DNA of 52,693 bases from a virus (Duplodnaviria > Caudoviricetes): positions 1 through 52,693 of the IMG/VR virus record IMGVR_UViG_3300012041_000006; one strand, 5' to 3'. The notes under the pieces are model-generated. The model worked only from the letters and a program-made list of their open reading frames with translations, was not told the origin of the DNA and made no database searches. This document shows positions 24,111-33,927 of this stretch, piece by piece. Made by a program: the position numbers and the translations under genes. Numbering within the stretch: the first letter of the stretch is position 1; every line of letters starts with the position of its first letter.

Positions 24111-26878
24111 AGATCCTCGTCCTGACAGATAGACCTATGTCATCGGTCGCGCAGCAGACAATGGACGCGATCTTCAAGGCGTTCAAGGTGCAGTGGAAGA
24201 ACGTTGCTATCTTCCCAACGATGACAGAGCCAGAAGTCAAGAAGGTCAAACCAGCACAGTGGCTAGCCCGGACCAAGGAGATCCATGACGAAGCAAGACA
24301 ACACGACAAGGTCCTCTGCATGGGTTCGATCCCAGCAGCATGCTTCTTTGAGCATGAGAAAGGTATCACTGTCTCTAAGGTCCGTGGTAGAGGGTACCTC
24401 CATAAGCTTCAAGGAGGCATAAAGAGCACTTTCGCTATTGTCACGTTTCCAGCAACCACAATGGTCAAGGACCCTGAGTTCTATCGAGACATCTGCTTTG
24501 ACACATGCAAGCTCATCGAGAACAAGGGCCCTCTGCCTCAGCCTGCTTGCGAGATTCATCTCGTAGAACGTGTCAAGGATCTCTCCCTCTTGCGTGACCT
24601 GCACGGCGCGTCGTTCCTTGGGACAGACATCGAGACGACAGGCCTGTCTGTTTATAAGGGCATGCTACCACACATCCCTGCTGATATTCTGGGTATCGGG
24701 TTCTGTGCGCTGACAGAGGGGGAAGAGGGCTACGCTGTTGTCGTGCCTCAGGAACTTATTCGCCATGAGGTACACAAGTTCTTGCAGACGTACAAGGGGA
24801 CGTTCGTCTTCCACAATCTGAAGTTCGACACACAGCATCTCTACAAGAAGTTCGGACGCTTTGAGTACACGTCTCTCGCTGACACAATGCTGATGGGTTG
24901 GGCTCTCGATGAGCGTCCGTTCAACCGCTACCGCCATCTCGGCCTTGACCTGATGCAGCGTCTGTACTTCGACGCGCCTCCAAAATCAGTGCGCATGGGC
25001 GAATGGCTTGAGGAGTACTATCGTGAGGACGTGGGTAACAAAGCACGTGCGGCTTATGTTATTGACTTTTGCGAGCGACATCCAGAGAAAGCAAGAACGT
25101 TGTGGCAACAGGCTACAGATCCTGAGGATGCAGAGTGGCGGGGACGCAAGGTTGGAAGGGACATTGCTATATCAACAGTTGCTCCTTTCATACCGTTGCC
25201 TACAGCTATGCAACACGCTCCTGACGCCTCTCGTAAGGAAGTGATGTGGGAATCCATGATGAGGTACATGGGAGAGGATTGCCATTCGACTGCACGCCTG
25301 TACCCAATCCTCAAGCAGGAGGCTCAGTCTGAGTCCTCACGTCTACTCGCTCTGCACGACCAGTATCTGATCCCAGCGTCCATTGCACTTGGGAACATGG
25401 AGATGACAGGCGCACGTGTTGACCTCCCGTACCTGAAAGAGATGCTCGTGACGTTGCAGAAGACGCTAGAGGAAGAGATGCAGGAGATCCGCATCCTCGT
25501 TGCAAACTACACCAACTGGGTAGAGATAAATGAGGAGAAGCACGAGGAAGGATTCAACCCGAACTCGTCGCATCAGGTCAAGCAGGTTCTCTACAACGCA
25601 GGCGATGAGGGTGGACTTGGTCTCGCAATGCCGAAGGACGTAGGTCGCTATGCGTACAAGAGGGAAGAGGGCGAGGTCACAACGAACGCGGACACGCTCA
25701 AGGTGCTAGCCAGACAGTGCGCTAAGGACATGCCAGCGGCTGCAAAACTGATCAATCTCATTCTCTCCTACCGCGTCAAGTCAAAGATCGTCGGCACGTA
25801 CATTGAAGGTATCCTCAACCGAGTAGACAAAGACGGGAGGGTCAGAAGTGACTTCAATCTCCATGGCACTGCGACGGGCCGCTTATCGTCTTCCAATCCA
25901 AATCTACAAAATATCCCTGACGTCTCCCATGTGGGTTACGACATCCGTAAGGCTTACATTCCCGCCAAAGGCTGGGTCTGCTTGGAGGCAGACTATTCTC
26001 AGTTGGAACTCCGTGTCGCGGGTCTTTTCTCTCAGGATGAGGTCCTCATCGAAGCGTATCGAAATGGAGCTGACATCCACCAGGAAGTTGCAGAACTCCT
26101 CTTCAACAAGCCCAAGTCCGAGATCACGAAGTACGAAAGGTATCTCGCCAAGTGCATGAACTTCGGCGTCATTTATGGACGGGGATGGAAATCAATCGCG
26201 ACCGGTCCTGAGATGGACAACCTGGTTGAGCAGTACGGCAAGTTCTGGGGTGAGAATGAAATCGCAGCATACTTCGCTAAGTTCCAGGAAGGATACGTCG
26301 ATCTGTTCGCATGGATGGAAGTGCTCAAAGAGTATTGCTTCGCCAAGAAGTACGTCGAAGGCCCTCTCGGGAACAGACGACGCTGGCCTCTCGCCATGCG
26401 GCACGAATCTGCTGGCATCAAGCGTCAGATCGTTAACTCACCGATTCAAGGGTTTGCTGCGCAGTTGACATTGAACGCGCTCGTCCACATGGATAAAGAG
26501 TTCGATCCGAAGAAACAGCGTCTCCTGTTCACTGTCCATGACTCCATTCTCATCGAGTGCAGGAACAGGGATTCTCTGATCAAGGAGACGAATGACCTCG
26601 TGCGTGAGATCATGGAACTGCGTCTCCCAGACTGGGCTCGATGTCCATTTCCGACACTTGAACACGCTCCCTTCTCCATGGGTGACCTACTCACCTACAA
26701 CATCCCCTTTGTCGCTGACGTTGTGTATGGTGAGAACTGGGGCGACTGTAAAAACGCTATTGATGAGAAGGAAGATCCAACTATCTTCCTTACAGAGAAA
26801 GAGGAAGACAGAACGACGCGATTTGGTGCAGATAGAGAACGAAATCCTGATCGCTCACGTCATGTGCAGACGAACTGA
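24107..26878 (+). CDS. polA: DNA polymerase family A with degenerate UDG-like N-domain and 3'-5' exonuclease
   Basis: DIETTG; HNLKFD; TATGRLSSSNPNLQNIP; ADYSQLELR; RYLAKCMNFGVIYG; TVHDS; GTGA overlap with the dpdA-like stop. Confidence 0.95.
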   Translation: MKILVLTDRPMSSVAQQTMDAIFKAFKVQWKNVAIFPTMTEPEVKKVKPAQWLARTKEIHDEARQHDKVLCMGSIPAACFFEHEKGITVSKVRGRGYLHKLQGGIKSTFAIVTFPATTMVKDPEFYRDICFDTCKLIENKGPLPQPACEIHLVERVKDLSLLRDLHGASFLGTDIETTGLSVYKGMLPHIPADILGIGFCALTEGEEGYAVVVPQELIRHEVHKFLQTYKGTFVFHNLKFDTQHLYKKFGRFEYTSLADTMLMGWALDERPFNRYRHLGLDLMQRLYFDAPPKSVRMGEWLEEYYREDVGNKARAAYVIDFCERHPEKARTLWQQATDPEDAEWRGRKVGRDIAISTVAPFIPLPTAMQHAPDASRKEVMWESMMRYMGEDCHSTARLYPILKQEAQSESSRLLALHDQYLIPASIALGNMEMTGARVDLPYLKEMLVTLQKTLEEEMQEIRILVANYTNWVEINEEKHEEGFNPNSSHQVKQVLYNAGDEGGLGLAMPKDVGRYAYKREEGEVTTNADTLKVLARQCAKDMPAAAKLINLILSYRVKSKIVGTYIEGILNRVDKDGRVRSDFNLHGTATGRLSSSNPNLQNIPDVSHVGYDIRKAYIPAKGWVCLEADYSQLELRVAGLFSQDEVLIEAYRNGADIHQEVAELLFNKPKSEITKYERYLAKCMNFGVIYGRGWKSIATGPEMDNLVEQYGKFWGENEIAAYFAKFQEGYVDLFAWMEVLKEYCFAKKYVEGPLGNRRRWPLAMRHESAGIKRQIVNSPIQGFAAQLTLNALVHMDKEFDPKKQRLLFTVHDSILIECRNRDSLIKETNDLVREIMELRLPDWARCPFPTLEHAPFSMGDLLTYNIPFVADVVYGENWGDCKNAIDEKEDPTIFLTEKEEDRTTRFGADRERNPDRSRHVQTN

Positions 26879-27014
26879 CGTGCGGAATCTCAGGACCTCA
26901 CAGCGCTGCACAGATCGAGCGCTGCCGGGACGCGATACCTTCCGCCTATCATCCTATTCACTCGCCCGTCTTTGTGTCACAGCGCTGCGTCTGTGAAGGA
27001 ATAAATTTCCAAAG

Positions 27015-27062
27015 AACGTGAGACCCGGGCAAAAGGAGAGCGAAATACCCGGGTCTCACGTT
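27015..27062. terminator. 15-bp perfect inverted repeat at the convergence of the two arms (likely terminator)
   Basis: AACGTGAGACCCGGG / CCCGGGTCTCACGTT with an 18-nt loop. Confidence 0.65.
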
Positions 27063-27090
27063 GTCGCGTCGATGGCCGAGTGACGCAACC

Positions 27091-27387
27091 TTACGCTTCT
27101 GGCGGAGACAGATTGGTGCCTTCTTCAATCGTAGGCGCCACACCGGTTGGCTTCCAGAAGCCTTTGTATGTGGAGATGGTCGTGACTAGGATCACGAGTG
27201 CTGCTTCAATCCAGCGCTCAAAATTCAGGTCACCCTGAAAATACGCTGTTCCTGCACCCGCGAGCAAGCAAGCAAGGAACGCTACTATGGACTGCACTTG
27301 CTGGGACCACCGGGACTGCAGGATGATGGAAAGCGCAGGCGGAAGTAGGAACCCTACGATCAGTGCCCACATCTGGAAATTGGTCAT
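27091..27387 (-). CDS. Holin-like membrane protein
   Basis: 98 aa, three hydrophobic segments, YKGFWKPTG tail; last gene of the late arm. Confidence 0.7.
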   Translation of the reverse strand: MTNFQMWALIVGFLLPPALSIILQSRWSQQVQSIVAFLACLLAGAGTAYFQGDLNFERWIEAALVILVTTISTYKGFWKPTGVAPTIEEGTNLSPPEA

Positions 27388-27404
27388 TTATCTACCCTCC
27401 TTTC

Positions 27405-28121
27405 CTAACTTGGTGAGTTAGAGAGAAGAACCACAATAACTGTAATTATGAGTCCGAGTACTGCGACAACGCCTCCAGTCACACCGACGATTGCTCCCGT
27501 ACTAGCTCGTGACTCAACGACCTGAGCTTGCCCACCACGTTGCTCAGCCTGAGCGGTCGTGAGTTTCTCAACGAGTGCGAGCAGTGGGGCCATATCTTCT
27601 GCTGCACTCCGAGTCTCAACGACTTGAGCTTTCGAGCCTGCCTGCTCGTACTGAGCACGACGTAGGTCAGCAATGTCCTTCTGCACAGGATCGAGTGCGG
27701 CAGCAAGAGCGGTGGCAGCGGCCGCAGCTGCTGCTGCGACCTGTGAGCGCATTGCCTCAGCAGACGCCGTGACCTGTGCCGCAAGTGCAGTCGCGCGAGT
27801 CTCTGCTGCCTGTGCCTGCTGGATCACTGCCGCCACATCAACCGCGCGTATTGCGTCAATCCGTGCAGCCTCTGCCTCACGTAGCTCTCTCGCATGGTTG
27901 GCTCGTATGTTTGCGATCTCAGAGCGGATCGCAATAAGCTCGTGTAGATGAGAGATTTCTGACTTGAGCCTGTCACGCACACGCTCTGTTTCTGCATCAC
28001 GTAGATCGTCCTGACGCTTAATCGCTGCCTCAACAAGCTGGAAAACATTAGCTGTAGGGTCGATCACCGGCTCGTTATTCCGATTAGTAGCTGGACCCTG
28101 CCCGAATGAGGACTCTGTCAC
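27405..28121 (-). CDS. Coiled-coil protein with C-terminal membrane anchor (possibly lysis-associated)
   Basis: Ala-rich helical body; GVVAVLGLIITVIVVLL at the C-terminus; next to the holin. Confidence 0.65.
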   Translation of the reverse strand: MTESSFGQGPATNRNNEPVIDPTANVFQLVEAAIKRQDDLRDAETERVRDRLKSEISHLHELIAIRSEIANIRANHARELREAEAARIDAIRAVDVAAVIQQAQAAETRATALAAQVTASAEAMRSQVAAAAAAAATALAAALDPVQKDIADLRRAQYEQAGSKAQVVETRSAAEDMAPLLALVEKLTTAQAEQRGGQAQVVESRASTGAIVGVTGGVVAVLGLIITVIVVLLSNSPS

Positions 28122-28133
28122 TGACTCTCCCCT

Positions 28134-28700
28134 TTAGCTCGTGTACTTGATATACCAGACACCACCGACAAGGTGTGCTGGTGCTTCTGTAGGACCTGAC
28201 CTGTATGCACCAACAGTTAGAATTGGTGCTTCACTAGTTGAATCCTTAGCAGACAGAGGAGCTACTATTGAACCAGCGTTGCCTGTGAAGTTACTGTAAT
28301 GGAGGACATGGGCATGTCTTGGTGAACGGGCAGCTTCTGCTATTGCATCATTACCCCCAAGAGTTACATCAGCGTGTGTTCCTGCGTTAACTAGTGTACG
28401 TCCTCTTGTATCTGGAAGATTGAACGTTGTAGTGCCATTACCTACCCCAAATGGCAACGCTGGTGTCAGGGAATTAAAGTGAGCAAACAGTGCTGCATAC
28501 GTAGACCGAGACACAGCAACACCATTACACTCAAGGAAACGGTTCTCTACTACTGTCTCAACAGAAGTGAAGTTCGCCACTCGATATATGAGTGAACCTA
28601 CAGGTAGGATCGCGCGGAGATTATCCCTCACGTGTGCATTGAACTCTGTTGCTCCTGGAAATTCTCCAGGTACCCATGTGCGTGGTTCAGTCCAAGCCAT
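28134..28700 (-). CDS. Tail collar domain protein
   Basis: LECNGVAVSRSTYAALF...FGVGNGTTTFNLPDTRGR. Confidence 0.85.
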   Translation of the reverse strand: MAWTEPRTWVPGEFPGATEFNAHVRDNLRAILPVGSLIYRVANFTSVETVVENRFLECNGVAVSRSTYAALFAHFNSLTPALPFGVGNGTTTFNLPDTRGRTLVNAGTHADVTLGGNDAIAEAARSPRHAHVLHYSNFTGNAGSIVAPLSAKDSTSEAPILTVGAYRSGPTEAPAHLVGGVWYIKYTS

Positions 28701-30778
28701 CAGTATGCCACCTTGTTGTCGATGCCGAGTTGATGCGTGCCAAGAATCCAGTACTGGTTAACATCTGCTGGGGACAGTGTCCACGTCGTTGTCCAACGTC
28801 CAACAATGTATCTGTGCTGCACATGCTCGATGATTGCCTGGAGGTCATGGAGCAGTACACCCGTGCCCGGTGGATAGATCTTGAACCTAATGCGATCTCC
28901 AATTTCTCTCCCCAACGCATGTTCCCACATAGTAGAATCCATCTGAGGCTCGATAACAACCTGCTTGACACGAGTGAATGGCTCTTTGAACAACTGCAGA
29001 ACCCAGTATGCCTTAATCTCTGCTTCTGTCTCATCAGCAAGGGGGAGTTCTCTTTCGTACGACCTCTGTCTGTGGTGCCCAACAGACGCAGAATCCTGTG
29101 CAATGAACTCGGGTCCGTCAGTCACCTTGATGCGGACATGATTGATGATCTGGTCCTTGTCGTCCCCTACATCTGCATCGACCAGAGGCAACTCACCAGG
29201 CAGTGGGATGTTAGAGAACGTTGCCTTGACAACATTCAGAGGAGCAGTAGCGCGTGCCAAACGGTCTTTGAATACAACACGACCTTCACCATCAATGTAC
29301 GTGTGCCCTGACTCTGTAGTTACCATAAGGAAGAGAAGTTCAAGAGCAGATCCTTCTTTCCCCACCCATGCCTGAACAGGGGTCGTACCTATATCAATAA
29401 CTCTAAGTGAGCGGGGCCACCCGGCAGCATTAAGGATCCTCTCCACACGTGCACCAGTTGTTTCTACAGGAGCATCAATCCTCACTCGCGCCTGTGATAG
29501 AGGCTCAAACCCATCAAGAACTGTAACAGGAACCTCATTGACACGACCCTGCCAGTCCTGAGGCCAGTCTTCAATATCACCACGAAATAGTTGGTAAGAG
29601 AAACCATCTTTAATAGCACGCAGGCGACATGGTCGTGCAGGAGCTACTTCAGGGGAGTAAGGAGAGGACGGATTTCCTGGGTCAAAGCGCCTGTCCTGGT
29701 TGCGTAAACGAGTCTGCAGTAGGCCTGTCTCTGGGTCACGGAAGATGTCTGTTCTTCCCCTCTTGACAGACAACTCTAACTGCCGTGACGTAGCAACAAT
29801 ATCATCAGAGACAGTTGTCCATGTAAATGTAGTACTCGTTGCACGAGAGTATCCGTGGTACTCCACTTTTTCACGCGAAAGGTCATGCTCGTATACCGCA
29901 ACCTCGTCAATACGCCCATCGAAGAAATTGGTTGGAACCTGTTGAGTTGAAGCACCAACTGTAAGATAAGAGTCGATAGACCTCTTCATCATTACCCATG
30001 ACTTCGGGAAGTATGCAGCAAGAGCACCGTTGATATAGAGTGAAACAGAGATTTCATTGACAACACATACAACGTGGTATGTAGTTGAAGCAGAGAAACT
30101 CTGTGTTGTTGTATAGGTAAAGGTTGTCTCAACTCCATCTACGAGTGCTACCAGTGTGAATTGAAGATACCCATTATTGAGGCGAAAATCAAAGATTGGT
30201 GCATCTGTTGTTCTCACACCTCTGGCAATAATTGACCGGATGCCTGTAACAGAATCTGGACGAATGTTAGCCTCAAGGGTTAACAACGTGACATAGTCAG
30301 TTACAGTTTCTGGAAAGTCTAGCAATCCCATGTCAAACCCATGGAGAAATCCTGTGGTACCATTGAAGTCATACGAGGAGTCAGAATCCCCAGAAAGAAG
30401 TGAACCTGCATTACGCGTGATAGTGCCATTAGTAACAAGATTTAATCTGCCCATCTGGTCAATCACAGATGCAAGACTCTGATCTTCATTTAATCTGTAA
30501 TAAACAGTAGGGAGATCAAGTGCCACTGCTTCTGTATAAATAGGTCCACCAGAGGAGTTAAAAGACACATCAAGATACAACTCAGGAAGGGTTCCTGCAG
30601 CAGCGCCTGCTATAAAAACACTAGCATGATCTAGCCCAAAACCACTGTCAGGTACATTAAGTAGGCTGGAAATATCTACAGATACAATTGCACTGTCAAC
30701 TCCACTCCCACTGTCAGACCTATTGTGGGAGGCAGATCCAGCTGAAAGAGGAGACTTAAGAAGTACGAGAACTGTCAA
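28700..30778 (-). CDS. Minor tail/baseplate protein with LamG/ConA-like domain
   Basis: YYRLNE...FNGT...YHVV...LYING...FDGRIDEVAVY; follows the tape measure gene. Confidence 0.78.
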   Translation of the reverse strand: MTVLVLLKSPLSAGSASHNRSDSGSGVDSAIVSVDISSLLNVPDSGFGLDHASVFIAGAAAGTLPELYLDVSFNSSGGPIYTEAVALDLPTVYYRLNEDQSLASVIDQMGRLNLVTNGTITRNAGSLLSGDSDSSYDFNGTTGFLHGFDMGLLDFPETVTDYVTLLTLEANIRPDSVTGIRSIIARGVRTTDAPIFDFRLNNGYLQFTLVALVDGVETTFTYTTTQSFSASTTYHVVCVVNEISVSLYINGALAAYFPKSWVMMKRSIDSYLTVGASTQQVPTNFFDGRIDEVAVYEHDLSREKVEYHGYSRATSTTFTWTTVSDDIVATSRQLELSVKRGRTDIFRDPETGLLQTRLRNQDRRFDPGNPSSPYSPEVAPARPCRLRAIKDGFSYQLFRGDIEDWPQDWQGRVNEVPVTVLDGFEPLSQARVRIDAPVETTGARVERILNAAGWPRSLRVIDIGTTPVQAWVGKEGSALELLFLMVTTESGHTYIDGEGRVVFKDRLARATAPLNVVKATFSNIPLPGELPLVDADVGDDKDQIINHVRIKVTDGPEFIAQDSASVGHHRQRSYERELPLADETEAEIKAYWVLQLFKEPFTRVKQVVIEPQMDSTMWEHALGREIGDRIRFKIYPPGTGVLLHDLQAIIEHVQHRYIVGRWTTTWTLSPADVNQYWILGTHQLGIDNKVAY

Positions 30779-33700
30779 TGCACTGGCCGCCCTCGACGCT
30801 CCTCAACAATGATCGCTTCTCTAATCCTGTCGTTGAGGTCCTGCTCGTAGATAAGGGACCCGTATATGTGCTGATGCACGATAGGAGCCATACTTCCCGT
30901 TGTAGACGTCCCACTCCCTGCGAGAGCGTACCCACCCCCTGCTGTAGGTTGCATCGCGCCTGCGAGTGCGAGAGCTGCACGCTCAACAGGACTCTTGTCA
31001 AGTCCTGAGACAAGTGTGGATCCAAACGATTTCCACCACTTGTCAAGATCAGACATCGGGCCTTCCTTCGTCGGACTCGCTGTGCGCAAGATACGAGACA
31101 CCTTATTCGCCATCTCTGTAGCAGCAGCAATAACTGCTGCCATTGAGTCTCTAAGACCTTGAGCAAAGTTCTCACCGACAACTGAACCTGCATCTCTATA
31201 GGAGATGCCATACGAGTGAAGAAGGGCGATGATCTTATCCTGTGTCTTTTTATGCTGCTGTGGATGCTTCAGGAGGTACTCCATGAGATTTTCAAGTTCT
31301 TTCTCAAGATGCCGTTTCTGAATACCTCTGCGTGCCTCGTAATTCGTGCGCTCTTTCTCTGCCTGCCTTTCAAGTTTCGCCCTTTTCTGCTCGTACATGA
31401 GATCATCCCATGAACGCTGAGCGTTCAGAAGTGCTGACTCCCTACGGTCGAGTTCAGCCTGTGCATCTTCTGGAGAAGAGAAGGAAGCAGCATCGAAGGA
31501 AGCCATGTCGTCTTTCGCCTTCTGCAGTTCTGTGCGTGCCTCACTAAGGCGTCTCTTGAATTCCTCTGCATCATGCTTCGACACAAGATTATCTAGGAGA
31601 CGCTCAGACCTGGTCCTGTGTGCAGATGTAATTGCATCGAACGCGTCGAGAGCATCAGATGCCATCTGTGCGAATGCATCCTTGAACTTGGACTGGAATT
31701 CCTCCACTACCTGACGCCCAGCTTCAAGAGCCTTTTTCAGTGACTCAGAAATCTTGTCTGGGAGATCATTCGTTCCAAGAAGGAAACCCATGATAATACC
31801 ATCGCCAATAGGCTTACCTATTTTGTCAGCGAAGAGTTTAGAAGGGGATCCAATACCTAGGAAACTTGTTGCTGAATCAAGTGCAGACTGCGCTGCACCT
31901 TTCACTGCACCAGCAAGACGCCCTGGCAGGCCTGCGATACCTGAGATGATTCCATCCGCAATTGCCCTTCCGATTGCTGCAGCTGCACCACCAACCCAAC
32001 CAACAACAGATGCAATTGCTGATGCTGTACCACTCTTGATCTTGTCCCACAACCAGCCTGCAAGGCTAGCAATCCCGTTCCCAATACCTGTAAGGATTGC
32101 TTTACCTATAGCAACAGCAAGACCAAGCACTGCAGGAACCAACTTGGTCAGAGTATTCCAGATGAGACGGATGATCGTGCCAAGGATCCCGTCAACAATC
32201 TGCTTGATCCCCTCCCACGCGCGACCCCAGTCACCTTTGATAATCCCCATCACAAGATTAATGACGCCTTCCACGTACGTCATATAACCCTTAACAAGGA
32301 TCAGGATATTGCCAAGCACTGCCTCAATGACTGAACGGATCTTATCCCAATTCTGGATTGCAAAATTGAGGATCCTTCCGAATGTCTGCTCCCAATAGAG
32401 CCTCACCAGGCTAAGGTACGTCTGGACAATCTCTACTATGCTTCCCCAGTGTGTGCGGATAGCATCGACAACCTCCATGATGATTGGAAGTACATTCTCC
32501 TTAATCCAAGAGAATGTCGAATCGACAATCTTACGGAACGTCTCTGATTTCTGGTAGGCAAGGAAGAATGCAGCACCAAGAGCGACGAGTGCAGCTGCTG
32601 CAAGAACAAACGGGTTCATCAGCATCGTTGCGTTCAGAGCGAGCATAGCGATCTTCATTGCCTGAACCATGGCGATGATCTTGGTCATGACGAACATACC
32701 AGTGAGGGCACCTGCAAGTGCGACAAGTGCGTACTGCAGTAGATCTGAACCCCTCACGAGTTCGATAACCCACACAACCCCACCCTTGATCGCTGAGAAG
32801 AACCCGATGATCTTCTGAGGATCAATTGCTGCAATGAAGTTAGCGAACGCTCTGACTACTGCTGTCACCGATGGTAACATCGCTGTGCCCAACTGAATGG
32901 CGAGTGTCTCAGCAGCTGATCCCACAGCGCCAAGAGCACCGTTGAGGCCTTTGGTACGAGCTTCTGCCATCTTCTGCGCTGCGTTTGTACCTGTGATCTC
33001 CTTCCGGTACTTCTTGTATGCCTCTGCACCCTCCCCCATCAAGATCCGCATTGCCTGGTTCGCGCGAACACCAAAGATCGTGGTGAGTGCCTGTTCTCTC
33101 TGCTCCTGTGTCAGATTTGAGAGGCCGTCCTGGAACTCGCCAATGATCGCAGGCATAGATTTCATGTTACCTGCTGAGTCGAAGATCTCCATGTTGTACT
33201 TCTTCATGACAGCAGCTGCTTTATCTGTTGGAGAGGTCAACCTGATCAGCATGGTCTTCAGTGCTGTGCCTGCGTACTCTCCGCTCAGTGCATTATCCGC
33301 AAGTACAGAGAGGGATGCAACAAGATCCTCCATAGGCATACCTACGCCATGGAACTGTGCTGCTGCATTCTGCATGCCGAGAGCGAGGTCTGTGATCTCA
33401 GCAGTTGACTTGTTAGCGCCTGCTGCAAACAGGTTCGCGACCCTGGTCGACTGGCTCCCCTGCATGTCGAACGCTTGCAGCGCTCGTGCGACGAGTGTTG
33501 CTGAGTCTGCAAACCCGATGTTCGCGGCAAGGCCCAACTGCAGAGTACCTCTAGTTGCAGCCAGTGTCCTGTTAACACCCAAGCCACCCTTACTCAGCTC
33601 AACCATAGCGTCAGCAGCATCCTTGGCTGACACATTTGGAAGTTTGAAGTCACCACCGAGAGCAATCGCTTCATCCCCAAGCGATTTCATCTGTGCCTCT

Positions 33701-33927
33701 GTTGCGCCAGACACAGCCTGGAGAATGTTCATGCTCTGTTCAAAGTTACCAGCTGCACGCAAGGATAGGATCCCGATACCTGTAGTAGCCAGACCTATCC
33801 CAGCGAATATGCGGGAGGCTACCCCACCAGTCCTGATCATGGAGGAGTTCATAATAGCCATTGAACGGTAGAACCCGGAGGTATCTGCCGTTACTCTAGC
33901 TACCAGTTGCGCGACGGTCAGCGCCAC
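30775..33927 (-). CDS. Tail tape measure protein (TP901 family)
   Basis: 1050 aa; FEQSM...VSGAT; AGTALKTML..L; W-periodic amphipathic repeats. Confidence 0.93.
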   Translation of the reverse strand: MALTVAQLVARVTADTSGFYRSMAIMNSSMIRTGGVASRIFAGIGLATTGIGILSLRAAGNFEQSMNILQAVSGATEAQMKSLGDEAIALGGDFKLPNVSAKDAADAMVELSKGGLGVNRTLAATRGTLQLGLAANIGFADSATLVARALQAFDMQGSQSTRVANLFAAGANKSTAEITDLALGMQNAAAQFHGVGMPMEDLVASLSVLADNALSGEYAGTALKTMLIRLTSPTDKAAAVMKKYNMEIFDSAGNMKSMPAIIGEFQDGLSNLTQEQREQALTTIFGVRANQAMRILMGEGAEAYKKYRKEITGTNAAQKMAEARTKGLNGALGAVGSAAETLAIQLGTAMLPSVTAVVRAFANFIAAIDPQKIIGFFSAIKGGVVWVIELVRGSDLLQYALVALAGALTGMFVMTKIIAMVQAMKIAMLALNATMLMNPFVLAAAALVALGAAFFLAYQKSETFRKIVDSTFSWIKENVLPIIMEVVDAIRTHWGSIVEIVQTYLSLVRLYWEQTFGRILNFAIQNWDKIRSVIEAVLGNILILVKGYMTYVEGVINLVMGIIKGDWGRAWEGIKQIVDGILGTIIRLIWNTLTKLVPAVLGLAVAIGKAILTGIGNGIASLAGWLWDKIKSGTASAIASVVGWVGGAAAAIGRAIADGIISGIAGLPGRLAGAVKGAAQSALDSATSFLGIGSPSKLFADKIGKPIGDGIIMGFLLGTNDLPDKISESLKKALEAGRQVVEEFQSKFKDAFAQMASDALDAFDAITSAHRTRSERLLDNLVSKHDAEEFKRRLSEARTELQKAKDDMASFDAASFSSPEDAQAELDRRESALLNAQRSWDDLMYEQKRAKLERQAEKERTNYEARRGIQKRHLEKELENLMEYLLKHPQQHKKTQDKIIALLHSYGISYRDAGSVVGENFAQGLRDSMAAVIAAATEMANKVSRILRTASPTKEGPMSDLDKWWKSFGSTLVSGLDKSPVERAALALAGAMQPTAGGGYALAGSGTSTTGSMAPIVHQHIYGSLIYEQDLNDRIREAIIVEERRGRPVH

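Noticed and set aside
26592-26996. ORF overlapping the polA 3' end
   Set aside because: Largely overlaps the polymerase; no motif or clear RBS
32897-33871. 324-aa plus-strand ORF, and similar antisense ORFs such as 47112-47915
   Set aside because: Shadows of Ala-rich minus-strand genes; no motifs or RBS
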